64,000 nucleotides of DNA, taken from Phoronis australis (Eukaryota; Animalia; Phoronida). Within the stretch, counting starts at the first letter, position 1. Each line of letters starts with the position of its first letter. Where the stretch lies: positions 1,237,805-1,301,804 of the forward strand of contig NMRA01000040.1 of NCBI GenBank assembly GCA_002633005.1, written 5' to 3'. Both the position numbers and the translations under genes were made by a program. The notes beneath the pieces were generated by a model. The model did not search any database. It saw only the letters and a program-made list of their open reading frames with translations, and was not told the DNA's origin. This document shows positions 1 through 11,376 of the stretch, in pieces.

Positions 1-989
1 AATGCCATTTATTGCCAAATGTAATTAACGGTTAGGCTTATGATCTTACTTTTGTCTAGAGACTTTCTGAGTATCTTTACCTGGTATTATATTCACTTCC
101 CTGTTCAGTACAACTACCTTAGCCATTATTTGTTTTGTATTCTGGTGGTGATTCAAAATGGCGTAAAAAGGCTACTTCACACGTCTGTCGACATGTTTCT
201 GTTATAGTCATCAAGCCCTCACTGTTTACTATAATGATGCTGGTACCACTTGGGTGACTTCATTCCGGTAAAATGGCGCCTGCACAAAATGTGCGTTTTG
301 TTGCTCTGTAAATTTTCAAAGTTATCTTCACCTTGTTGCTTGAAATGGGATGTCCAAAAAGAGCCACATCATCTCCTGCGCCATAAGACGGCGAGGAAGT
401 GCCAGAGAATGAACCCGAGTGGTTTTCATCATTAAAAACTGAGTTAAAAAGGTCTAATACGGAGATTATGAACGAGCTCGGTCACATAAAAGAATCATTA
501 AACTTAGCCTTTAACACTGCGGAAGAAGCCTTAGCAAATTCCAAACAGTGTGTAGATAAAATTGCTGCATTGGAGAAAGAAAACGGGTATTTGAAATCCA
601 AAATTATGTTTCTCGAAATGCATTCTAGAAGGAACAATCTCGTGTTTGTGGGGATCCTGCAATCCCAGGATATGCCGTGTGAAAACAGTTTATCTATAGT
701 GCTAAAGCTATATATGGGCCTCGACAACATCTCCTTTGAAAGAGTGCACCCGATTGGCGATAAAGGTACCATCATTGCTAAGTTTTCATTCTATAAACAA
801 CGACAACAAGTGTGGATGGAAAAGAGAAAGTTTCAAGGTTCGAAAATTTTTGTGAATGAGGACTTTCCACATGAGACTATTGTCAATCGATAATGCCTGA
901 TACCTTTTCTCAAGTCAGCGAGACGGTGCCCGCATGTAAATAAAGTATGGCCGAATAGAGGTCGGTTGGTGATTGACGGCAAAACCTAT

Positions 990-2553
990 AGACCCTATTC
1001 ACGCCGACAGGAGCCGTGTTCCAAAACGAGGGTCGCTACGATAGCTCTGTTGGCTTATTGGCATAGTTCTGTGTTTCAGTCCGTTTTGTTCCGCGAACGG
1101 CTTGAAAAATACGGACACGCAACTGTCTGCTTTACAATCTCTAAAGACGTTGAGATTCGGAAGCGTTGGGTCGTTGCCATACGCCGCGACGAAGCAAAAT
1201 TTGTCCGTGTAAAATTTATAAATATTTTTGAAAAGTTAGATCATATTTTGTAGCATCTCGGTCAGTTGTCAAGCATCATAGTAACGACCGGAGAATGGGC
1301 CAGCCAGGCTGTGTTTTCATGACTACGGATTTAGGGGGGCGAATTGCTGACTAGCACACGTGCGCAACCAGGGAGTCTTGTGGGGTGAATAAACAACGCA
1401 TAGGCGCTGAATGAACCCCGTTTACCGTTTTTTTTTCCAAAAAGGACAGGGTCCTCAATCCCTCAAATTTGGGGCCCAATATCGGCCCTATTCCCCTCAC
1501 AAAAATATTGAAATATCAGGCGAAATTCTCCCCACGAGGCATAAAAATTACCCTAATGAAAAATCTCTCTGAGGTCACGTCACCTGTAACCGCACATGTG
1601 ACAATTTTTAAGAGCACAAAAGGCTACTTAAAATTGAGACAGAGCCTATGAGAGCTTGCAACAGGGCGGGGGTGCTATTGGGAGGTAGATTGTTCCCGCC
1701 CTCACTCTGCGAAAAAATCGCTTCTCAGTAGGCACTGGTACCTTTCCCCTCGGATGAACGAGGCCCCTGCAGAGACATGATAACTATGATTGCATTGTCC
1801 AGTTAACTGAAATTGAGTTCTAAAACGAGGTTATGTTTTGGACGAACGAATTAGGTGTTTTAATTTTAAAATTCAACTTGGTCCAGATTGATATTTGAAA
1901 TCTAACACATGAAATAGACGTAAGAATTGTTACAACCAAGAAAGCAGAATTGATGGTCAAATAATTTTTATTTTCAATTACGAGCCTGGTTTTTTATTTT
2001 AATAAAAATATATTTCATAACATCAATTATTCTTTCAGATCAATGACAAATCAATTGTTAGTCCCAGTGAGTGCATAGGATCAGGCTATGCTTGATGTTA
2101 ATATTCGTGATCAACAAATTAAACCAGATGTGACTAATCCACCACTGTCGAATATGTCTTCAACTCTTCAACAATACAAGCTGATGACCTGTCCGCGTAG
2201 AAAGTATTTTGATCAACAATTTACGAGAAAAAACGTAACCCTGCATTCAACATAATACCTAATGCGTAACACTACGATCGCCGGAATTTGGCCATGTTTA
2301 CTTTTCATGTTTCGAACCTAGTTTTCCGAAAAAAAAATTAAATCCTTTCGTCAGACAACTCTTTGGCGCCTTAACTTGTTCTCTAATGTAATTTTCTACG
2401 TCTCTGTGGTTAATTGTCGACACATCATTAAAATTTAACATCCAGGTTGGACTCGAAAGACCGGCTATTTAACTCACGCAATGTCTGCTTTCGCTTTGTT
2501 TATCGCAGTGAGTCTCGCTTTGGATTTTAATGTCCGCCGCGTGAATAGGGTCT
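990..2553 (+). mobile_element. Non-autonomous TIR DNA transposon, ISL2EU-like (PIF/Harbinger group), with a THAP remnant
   Basis: Perfect 15-bp TIRs AGACCCTATTCACGC (990-1004) / GCGTGAATAGGGTCT (2539-2553). AT duplication at 988-989 and 2554-2555 (a TATA reading is also possible). Internal THAP fragment KDVEIRKRWVVAIRRDE at ~1140-1195. Host ORF1 rejoins in frame on excision. Confidence 0.8.
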
Positions 2554-2682
2554 ATACAGTTGACAATATGAATGAGATTCCCACCTTCAGTGAATTCTCT
2601 ACTTTCACGCATTCGCCATGTTTACAAATACGCATCGAAAACGAGGCGAGCAGATGTGACCTAGTTCCGCCTTTTATCAAGC

Positions 2683-2817
2683 ATGTTCTGTTGTGTGCCG
2701 CGTTGCAGCAGTTCATCAAATAAGTGTAAACTTTCGTTTCATAAATTCCCTATGGATGAATCTTTTCGTCGTAAATGGATTTGTAACATTCGAAGGGATC
2801 CTGGAAGACATTTCAAG
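2683..2817 (+). pseudogene. THAP zinc-finger exon 1 of the transposase gene; the rest is deleted
   Basis: Translates as MFCCVPRCSSSSNKCKLSFHKFPMDESFRRKWICNIRRDPGRHFK, then an AAG|GTAAAT donor. A probable exon-2 acceptor TTACAG|GTTAAC at ~3156 is followed by non-coding sequence. Confidence 0.85.
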
Positions 2818-3706
2818 GTAAATGAAGTGCTGAAATAAATATTTTATCGTCTCATATTTACTTAACATAATTCGTACCGATCAGCTGAGATTGATCGAGT
2901 GATATCTGCCGACTTGTCTTGATCATGTGTCAGTTCACTGTCGCAATTTAACATAGGGAAGCGTTTGCATATGAAATTTATGTAATTTTAGACTTAAAAA
3001 CAATTTTCGGATGCCTGCATGAGTCTGGTATTACAAAAACTGTCTTGTCATGTAGTAATCTAAAATCTCTGTTACATGTGCGGTTGCTCAGATAAACCAT
3101 TGTCATCTAGCATTAGTCTACAGAAAAATACGTAAGCTATAATGATTAATTACAGGTTAACTGTCGGGACATTATAATTTTTGTAATATTGTAATATTTC
3201 AATTTAACTAAAGCGAAAACAAAACACCAGAAAACACTATTTCTTAGAAAAATTCTCATTTTGCTTTGATACCATCAAACTGTTTAAATCAAAATGTAAA
3301 TGACAATTGTAAATTTCCAAAAAAGCACCCATGGACATTCTTTCAGGGAGGGGCACTCTTTCAGAAATTCCTGGTTTCTTAGCCGATAAAGAAATTATCT
3401 TGTCCGGTGTTTAAGACTGTGCTGTCAACTGCCCTGTGACACTACTGAGATTGCATCTTGCATCGTTTCAATTCAAAAAAATCTATGAGACCCTTTATAT
3501 CAAAAGTAGATATTTCTTCAATTTGGGATAAAATGAGACACCCAAATGCAGTCAAATTAGCAGCATGGAAGTGTACAAAATGTGAAAACACTGGATAAAG
3601 TCAACAAACACATTCCTGTATTGCTTTGAAAATTTGTACAGTATTTACATATTTACATTTTTAACATGGACAAAATTGTGGAAAAACAGGAGAGCAAGGT
3701 TTAACA

Positions 3707-6366
3707 CTACTTCTTCAGTTTGACAATGGCTGGCAGGAAGTGATTAACAAAAAAACTATCCAACTTTCTTTTCATTTCCCGAAAGTAATCACTGTCCATC
3801 AAAATTCTCTCACAAAAGTACGTGACCCCACACGTAACAAAAAAGTCGCACCATTCTGTTCCCGTGATAGCCATTTGTCCAATGCATTGATCGTAATATG
3901 CATGGCTACGCTTCAGCTCCAACCCGTTCTCGCTGTCATTTAAATATGCAACCTCAGCAAGGGTTTCCTTGATGGAGCATTTCACCACCAAAAGTCCCCA
4001 CTGAGGTTGTCCATCAGGGTCAAATACGCGCCGATCAGGGCTGCACCCTAAATGACAAGCCGATGGGTTTATGACAAAGCCAATGTCATGAAGATCAACT
4101 CCAAACGTTTCAGAGTATTTTTTCGCAGCCACAGCCTCGTGGTCAATGCCATTTTGCATGGCTGGCGTACTGTGGACTTTTTTTTGTAAGCATGTCTGTG
4201 GCCAACTCCTCAAACTTGCTACGCCGAGCTGTTACAGACCTAAACTTCGACGCTGTTAGTCGCAGCTCGCGTAGCCTAAACCACTCGGGGCATTCGCTTT
4301 GCTTTCTTGTCTCTTGCTCGTACTGAAGTGACTCTAGTAACGTAGTTTGTAGAGACTTTAGCACAATTTTCTGCGCATCACTTGCTGCATCTATGTCGAT
4401 CTCCATGGGGGGTAGTCGGGGGATGTCCAATTCGGGGGGAGTGCAAGGACCCAAGAAAACCATTTCTGGGACTGATTTTTCTGGATATGATAATAACGAA
4501 CCCTTCACTACGGGTCCAAAGTTTGAGTCAACTAAGGATAAATTGTCGCTGACGTTCCAAATCTTTACCCATTTGGGCGGCTAACCTTGATTTGTAAAAG
4601 TGGGCATCAGCTGGTCGACCATGCTTGGCACCGTGCTGAGCGGCGTGGAAAGAGGGTTCCACAATGTTGACTTTACGCCCTCTTCCACCCGCTTGCGTTT
4701 CGATGAAGCTTCACCACTTGACGAGGGGAAGGCTGGCTTATTGACAATCACATCAGTGACAGGACGAGTTGCGAAGCCCTTTGTTCGTGGGGAATGGTCC
4801 AGGTGCATCGCTCGTCTGTTTTCGAAACAATTTATCTGAAACAGTAGTGCAACTTGATGTTGGCAGAATCCCCTTCCTGCAGTACACGAACAGCTGTGCT
4901 CTGTGACGTCAACACCATTGACATTTGTTAGTGTAAACTGAAAAAGAAAGTTAAGATTGAACTGGTAAGTTTGGACAACTATATTACCATGTTCAAAAGC
5001 AATTTATCTGGAAGTTTTGAGAAAAAAATTCACGCCAAAGCCAAATGACTGCTTTAAGTGTCAAACACATTCAGTCTCGCAATAACTTTCAACTGTCTTG
5101 CAAATTTTACAATTGTATCTTACATGGGTAACACCGCATTATCTCTGTGAGTTGTCACATTTTTTCAATATTGAAAGACATATTACCTAAACAAAATTAT
5201 TAGCCACAATAATTAAATTCCATGTGTTGCAAGACAACATATCCGTAAAAAGTAATGGTTGAAGCAGCCATGAACCTGCATATCCTCACAGAAAATGTAA
5301 TGTATAGTTCAAGTGATGTAACAGCTATACAACTGAACTTGTATCTTCTCATCAGCTCACGTGTGAATAGGTTTCATGTCTGTTGAAATAGAAGGTAGGT
5401 TTATAACTGCGTTACCTACTGAGAGTCACAGGCTAAATGACTAAAAGCAAGTACAAATACCTTAAGGGAATGTGGCTTCTCATTTTTCTTGAAACTTCTG
5501 TAGCAGCTGCACCTGACTTCATGACCGCTTGCACAGGCTCTCACTGAAAGAATCAGGAACGTCAAGTTATTAAAATTCAAAGCAACAACAGACAAATTGA
5601 TTCAGGTGCTGGATATGGAGTGATTGGAAAGCATGCAGAAGCTACAGCCCGGAGGACACTTAATCTCAATTTAGTGGGAATGGTAGAGACGTGCTGCCCA
5701 TATAAGTCATATTTTTCAGTGTTTTGGCATAAGTTTGGGTAGCTTTTCGCACAATTTTTGAAACTATAATTTGTGTGTCATTTCGCATTAAGTTGGAGTG
5801 CCCCCCCCTTCCCCCCTCCACCCGGGAGCTGCATATTTACCCATTAGACAAAAATGGGGTTACGTAATTCCCTATACAGAGTATGGACATAAACTCTTCT
5901 GCCTTTTAAATACAACTCTCGTACTCAATGCGATTGTCACTATCTTACTTAGGGTGATTGCAGAATGTGGCTTTGTTAAACTTTTGACGAATTTCCGACA
6001 GTCAGCACCAATGCAGTATATAGACTAAGGACTCGAGACCCGAATGACACAAAACTGACAAGAGCTAAAACCATGATTAAACTTCATCAAATTCCACCAT
6101 TTCTTCGATAGTTATAACTTTCAGAGCATAAAAACCGAAACCCACGTCTGTTTTCGTTCGTTTTGTGACGGGCACACTGTCACGGAAAGAAACCGCGGGA
6201 AAACTGCTGAATTTCTGACGACTCAAAAACTAAAACTTACCTTCTACGTTGTGAATATAATGATCCCAAAAGAACTTGATTATTTTTGGGAAATAGCGTC
6301 CACACTGGAAAGACTGATAATTGGTAAACGGTCATTCAATTTTGACCAAGCACTGGGAGCTTCCAT
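3707..6366 (-). pseudogene. SWIM zinc finger + YqaJ/lambda-exonuclease protein, 3 exons (6241-6366, 5461-5543, 3707-4937), frameshifted
   Basis: Exon 1 MEAPSAWSKLND...KFFWDHYIHNVE; exon 2 VRCSCYRSFKKNEKPHSLK; exon 3 SWIM CSCTAGRGFCQH, then QSECPEWFRLRELRLTASKF, AMQNGIDHE, HLGCSPDRRV, LLVVKC and YYDQCIGQMAITGTEWCDF. Introns are GT-AG. The ExK motif appears as VVK and several frameshifts are present. Confidence 0.9.
5648..5826. mobile_element. MITE with CCCGG...CCCGGG ends (animal EnSpm/CMC-like), nested in intron 1 of the YqaJ gene
   Basis: Starts CCCGGAGG, ends in a C-rich tract + CCCGGG. 2-bp AG duplication at 5646-5647 and 5827-5828. Confidence 0.55.
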
Positions 6367-6986
6367 TCTAATGCGTCGTGTAACCTCGTTTTCGAGCCGG
6401 GCGATTGCAGCGCCGCTAAAGCGTGAAAGTAGAGAATAGTGGCGATCAAGAACTCAAGAAAGATGCCATGCAGGGCACCGAACCAACTGCTGTTTGTAGA
6501 TTAGTGTTCGCCGCTAAGGTCTTGTAATTAAAAGTTTTGGTATTTGGTCCTGTTTTTTTTCTGTGCCCAATCTTTCCTCTTATTAGTTATGAGTCCCTAT
6601 TGTCCTCCTGTAATTTTTATAATTTTGAAAGGTGAAGACATATAATAACATGTCCTTAATCGGTTGCCTAATTTCTTTTATTTTCGTTTTGTTTATCTTT
6701 CCCTTTTTTCAGGTCTTCATGTTTTTTGAATATTTTGCTTCTAGCCTTTGTAGTGCAAGTACCATTATATCATTTGCTGTCAGATTGGTGTTGTTTCATT
6801 GCATGGGCCTCATACCCATTGAAAACTTAGTGTCGATATGTTTCACTGAATGTTTCATCAGAAGAATTTATTATTTATGTTGGTTTCGGTTGTTTTTGAG
6901 ATGTTTAGGACACACAGTGTGATTCATTTTGTAGTTAATGAGCAAGGTTGTATGGTTGAGTTTAGAAGTGCCTTAATTATCTTTGT

Positions 6987-7363
6987 ATGGTGAACAATTT
7001 AAAAATTGCATCTTTTAACTGTAGGGGTCTAGGAACTCTGTCAAAAAGACGAGATGTTTTCCATTATATAAGGCAGCGTGCATACAGTATTTTCTGCCTA
7101 CAAGATACTCACTTACTGTTGCGGAATAACCCATAATTCGAGCTCAGTGGGGATACGACTGTTTTTTCAGCCATGGTCTAAGTAATGCCAGGGATGTTGC
7201 CATCTTGTTCTGTCAATAGTAATTTTGAATTTAAAATTCTTTTAAATTGGATACTACAGGAAATCTCCTAATTTTAGAGCTTGAAGTAAATAACCGTTTT
7301 TCTATTTATGGACCAAACAAAGATAGCCCTCAATTTTTTAATGACATTTCACAGAAAATCGAT
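6987..7363 (+). pseudogene. L1/Tx1 ORF2 N-terminal APE endonuclease fragment
   Basis: MVNNLKIASFNCRGLGTLSKRRDVFHYI...IFCLQDTH, then after frameshifts IRAQWGYDCFFSHGLSNARDVAILF and IYGPNKDSPQFF. It stops abruptly near 7363. Confidence 0.85.
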
Positions 7364-8034
7364 ATGTAGTGAATGACACTTAGTAACAGAAGTGGTAGCC
7401 CAAGTGGACAATTTTCCACTTCTTTCCCAATTTTCCAAAAGAAGTGGCTTGTCATCCAGGTTCCTCATGGGAAGTCTAAGCACACTTTTTTCTGAAGTCT
7501 TGCAAAGATCATCCAAAGATGTACTGATTTTAAACAACAGTTTCCGATCAAGTTGCTCAGTTGAATCTTTAGACATGTTTGACAGGAAAGGGTTGGATTG
7601 TTGATAATCCTCAAATACTGAATACCCATGGTCAACTAACTCTTTGCTCCTGTTGGCTTCTTAGAAACATGGCTATTCAATCCATTAGTACATGTTTCTG
7701 TCTATCTTTAGACTGAGCAATGAGATTGCTGACATCCATTCTTGCTGATTTCTGCAGCTGTGTGAGTTTTGAACAAAACGAAATGATAATTAGAGACGGT
7801 GGTCACTGTCTAATGCACTAAATAATAGGAATGTTATTCAGTTGTTACATTCATCAACTTTTTTCGACCATGTCAGTGTCCTGTTGTTCGTTTCCCGTTT
7901 TTCCCAACAACAGGTGTATTCGCGTGGTCAAGTCATGACATTTGCTGTCACTGCCACTGGCACTGGTGACTGGTGTGTTCCATCTGGCTAACTACGGGCA
8001 GCGAAAAGGTTCAAAATGGACACCAGCGCCAAAT

Positions 8035-8320
8035 AAACAAGTTACTTTTTAAACAGACAGGTTATTTGGTTCAGTTTTGGCAAACAGACAGGTTATTTGG
8101 TTAAATTTTGACAAACAGACAGGTTATTTGGTTAATTTGCGACAAACAGACAGGTTACTTAGCGAACGAACAAGTTAGTTGCGCCGAACAGACAGGTTAT
8201 TCGCGCCGAACGAACAGGTTACTTGTCGAACGAACAGGTCACTTCTATCAAACAGACAGGTTAGTCATCGAATGAACATGTTGGTCTTGCCAAACAGACG
8301 TAGTACTCGAACAGACAGGA
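8035..8320. repeat. Array of about 13 AACAGACAGGTTA/AACGAACAGGTTA motifs with variable spacing, probably subterminal repeats of a DNA transposon end
   Basis: Three 31-bp periods (AAACAGACAGGTTATTTGGTT + variable) followed by ~20-23-bp periods, ending at GAACAGACAGG. Confidence 0.7.
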
Positions 8321-11110
8321 CAGAGGGCGCTGTCCCAACTCAAGAAATAGTTGACGTCACGAAGTCATGAGCCCCACAATGAGCACAAAAATTGCAAAAA
8401 GTTGTTTTGGTGGTCTGTTGCAGTGGAGAATTTCTTTCATAGGACTGTTCTCAATTTGTCATCGACCATTCTTAAATATATTTATGGAATCGTGATGCGT
8501 TTGCTTGTTTAAACCAAGCTGCCAAATGCTAGATTGAACTGTTTCACGAACACGAACACGTACGTAAATAAGTATTCAAAGCTTGGTTTGGCCACCCCGC
8601 CAATTAATTGTTATTCCATAATTTGAGGTCAAACCGTTAATATTATGACCTGCAATCATGTGTGATCAGGTTTGTTACTTTGTGATTACGTGTTGCTGGG
8701 TTATCCTCTTCTTTGACGAAAGTTGAAATTGATGTGGTCCTGTATTCCCCGTACTAACGAAGTCAGTTTTGCAGTGCACAACATAGGCCTACTTTTTGTT
8801 TTAAAGTTTGAAAAACACCGTTTATGTCACTTTCTTCAATCATGTTTCTCAAAATATCGTTGAAAATGAAACACCTCGGTAGCTTCAGTTTGAGTTACTT
8901 TCATTTGCTCATTTGTAGTACGGTACAACCATTTTTCCTCTTTGTGTCAATAACACTCTGCATTACATACATGTACTGAGGGTCACTGTTGTCAAAATTG
9001 CAACAATCTGATTCAATGCTGTGGCATTATACCGGCACAGACATTATATGATTTTGTTTCATATGAAATTATCATAACCTAGGGAGTCTCGTTGTTGACG
9101 GTGGGACTGAAATATCTGTCACATGGTTTTCAGCACCTTGCATGATTAATTGCCAACACTTGACAGAGTTTATCTGTATGGATCTCATCTTTTACGATTT
9201 CGAGGCCAGACCTCTACCCACAGTCACAAAACTGCGGGGAAGCAGCGATTAGTATTTTTGGGGGAAGGGACCTCGAAACCGGATGNTAAAGTTATTTTAT
9301 TTGAATTCTTATCAAAAATTACTATTAAACGAATAACTAGTGCAGGAAGCATGCAACTGTATTTTATTATAGAAATGTTTTGGAAATGAATAAAGTCACC
9401 GTTGCCCCACCTGTGTTCAACCGGGGGCCCGGTCTGCTATCTCTGTACTCAGACTCATACTTGAGATTTCATACTCAAAATCGTGCTCACTGGAGTAGTA
9501 CTCGAAAAAGCGTATTTAATGTCGCATTTCGAGTAGACTACAAACGTAATCATATCTGAGAATCGTACTCGAGTTGCTATGAACCACCTACTTCTGGTAA
9601 AGTCACTGAACGGGAAAACGCTGTCATGACGTCAGCCGGAAACTCCAGTCGATATTTTTGGGCCGCAGTTGTTTGATTACTGGTCAACCCCTGTTCTCTC
9701 TTGCGTAGAACCCATTGCCGTGTAGGCATACGCTGATGTCAAACCTTTGATACTGTATCTTACCGGGATGTATCATGTTAGCTGACATTTGGCGCGTGAG
9801 TTAAAAACACTACATGTAGCCTACAGGCATTCAGAGTTCATCATTGAACGGGACGAGACGTCTACTTATAAATCGGCAAATAAAATCTGGAATATCATTC
9901 GGGGATTGAGGAATTATCGATGACTAAACTATGATGTGAAATCTGACAGGGAAGCAAATTGTTTTTTTAACTTTTCTCGAATCGTAGTAAGGACTTTAAA
10001 ACTTGGCGGCAATGAAGTGCGGTGATACGGCTGGTTAAGATGAAGAAGATTTAAAATGAAAACTATTGTCTCAAGCGCTGAGATACGGTATGAAGACTTA
10101 AATTTTCCAAAGATCTGCTGTTTCTCTCAGTGGTTTTTCGATATTTTCGTAGCCCAAGTCAAAAGTTTTCCTAAGCTTAACACTAACAAGACGATTAAGG
10201 AACACCTTGACATATTACATGGCTTTTGGCTAAAGTTTCCTGTTGTAAAATTAATTTAAGAGGAGTGACTTTCAATGCGGTAACTGTGCAATCAAAAAAT
10301 GACTTTGTTTGGGGACACGTCCGCCTATACCAGACCATTAACATGACGCTGTTATTAGCTAGCCAATGCAGCCTGAAAAACAATTTCAAAACATATCTTG
10401 TCTTATTTTGGCCTCATCTGTGTACATTAATGCTGTTTTATTGCACTCGCTAGAACTCGCTTGAACAGGTGCGGCTCACTCAAACCAATGCTGCCAATGG
10501 CTGTTGGCATTCCATAGACTAAAATTCAAACAAAAAATCTTGTTTCAGTTGCACGAAACATTTGCAATAACATACAATAATACTGCCAAAAGACACCTTT
10601 ACATCAGAATATAAATGAAAGACTTGTCGTATTCTATTGCCTAAGAAAACGAATCTAGACAACAGCTGAACACAAGGACTTCAGATAATATAGCAAAACG
10701 TTCAGCATAAAGATGACGACAAGCACATAAAATTAGCATATTTACATAAATTAAAGTTTGTACATATTTACATAAATGTGCTTATGAAAGCGTTCATCAC
10801 CTTCGTGTTGACCATTTGGCTTAAAACACAGGCGGCATAATTAATATTCACCTCATTGTGTTCTATAGGCAAGGCCACTACAGCTGTAACTTAACTAAAA
10901 ATCTAGACAGTCTGCTTGCTAACATGGAAGTTCGCAGATTCTCTTACATTACACCAATCTTGTAAAACAGCAGCTAAATGTCAACAAACGGCCTCACTTC
11001 ACTATGCCACATATTACACTGGCCAAACAACTGCACACTCACCCCAATATATTCAAATGGAGATTAAAGAGCTACAGTCCATGCACTCCTCCACTGTAAC
11101 CAGGTCAATA

Positions 11111-11376
11111 TTACAGACCATTTGATTGGTTCCCTATGACCCCAACCACATTTGATTGGTTCCCTATGACCACATCCACATTTGATTGGTTCCCTATGAC
11201 CACATCCACATTTGATTGGCTCCCTATGACCACATCCAATTCACAGGGAGACTGTCTCTCTTGGTCGGCCATAAGTGTGTTCAACACAGCTATATTTACG
11301 CCCTCTTCAGTCACCACATCCCCTGTGACGGAATACTCAAGGCCATTATAACCAATACTACTCTGGTCATTACCAT
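11111..11376 (-). CDS. Exon 7 (terminal): ends in four 10-aa repeats DVVIG(N/S)QSNV
   Basis: Acceptor TGTCATTTCAG| in phase 1, matching exon 6. Stop TAA at 11111-11113. Confidence 0.65.

Larger units (their letters stand above)
2593..6438. mobile_element. Internally deleted DNA transposon with convergent THAP gene remnant (+) and SWIM-YqaJ exonuclease gene (-), ISL2EU/Kolobok-like gene content
   Basis: 17-bp perfect inverted repeats ATTCTCTACTTTCACGC (2594-2610) / GCGTGAAAGTAGAGAAT (6421-6437). GTG duplication at 2590-2592 and 6439-6441 (or AGTG). No DDE core is recognisable between ~3170 and 3700. Confidence 0.85.
345..6527 (+). pseudogene. L1-type ORF1 (coiled coil + RRM, Transposase_22-like), split into pieces 345-989, 2556-2592 and 6442-6527
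   Basis: ATG at 345 is in frame with ORF 399-893, which has LEMHSRRNNLVFVGI, FERVHPIG and IFVNEDFP motifs. In-frame stops occur at 384-386 and 891-893. Removing both insertions and one TSD copy each restores ...LVIDGKTY|TVDNMNEIPTFS|GDQELKKDAMQGTEPTAVCRLVFAAKVL* (TAA at 6525-6527). Confidence 0.8.
255..7363 (+). mobile_element. Decayed, 3'-truncated L1/Tx1-clade non-LTR retrotransposon (5'UTR, ORF1, start of ORF2), interrupted by two DNA transposons
   Basis: The ORF1-like and APE-endonuclease-like segments lie on the same strand in canonical order. TTCCGGTAAAATGGCG (ETS/YY1-like) at ~263-278 resembles L1 5' ends. The 5' boundary is approximate. Confidence 0.8.

Noticed and set aside
3707-4508. 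Prophage/viral lambda exonuclease or bacterial contamination
   Set aside because: The gene has spliceosomal introns and a SWIM finger and lies within TIRs opposite a THAP exon, so it is eukaryotic transposon cargo.
8035-8320. CRISPR-like array (conserved motif with variable spacers)
   Set aside because: The repeats are only ~13 bp, the spacers are short and related to each other, the context is eukaryotic and there are no cas genes. Transposon subterminal repeats explain it better.
9425-9588. Harbinger-type MITE ending ...GCTATGAACCACC
   Set aside because: Only one plausible terminus, with no matching TIR or TSD on the other side.
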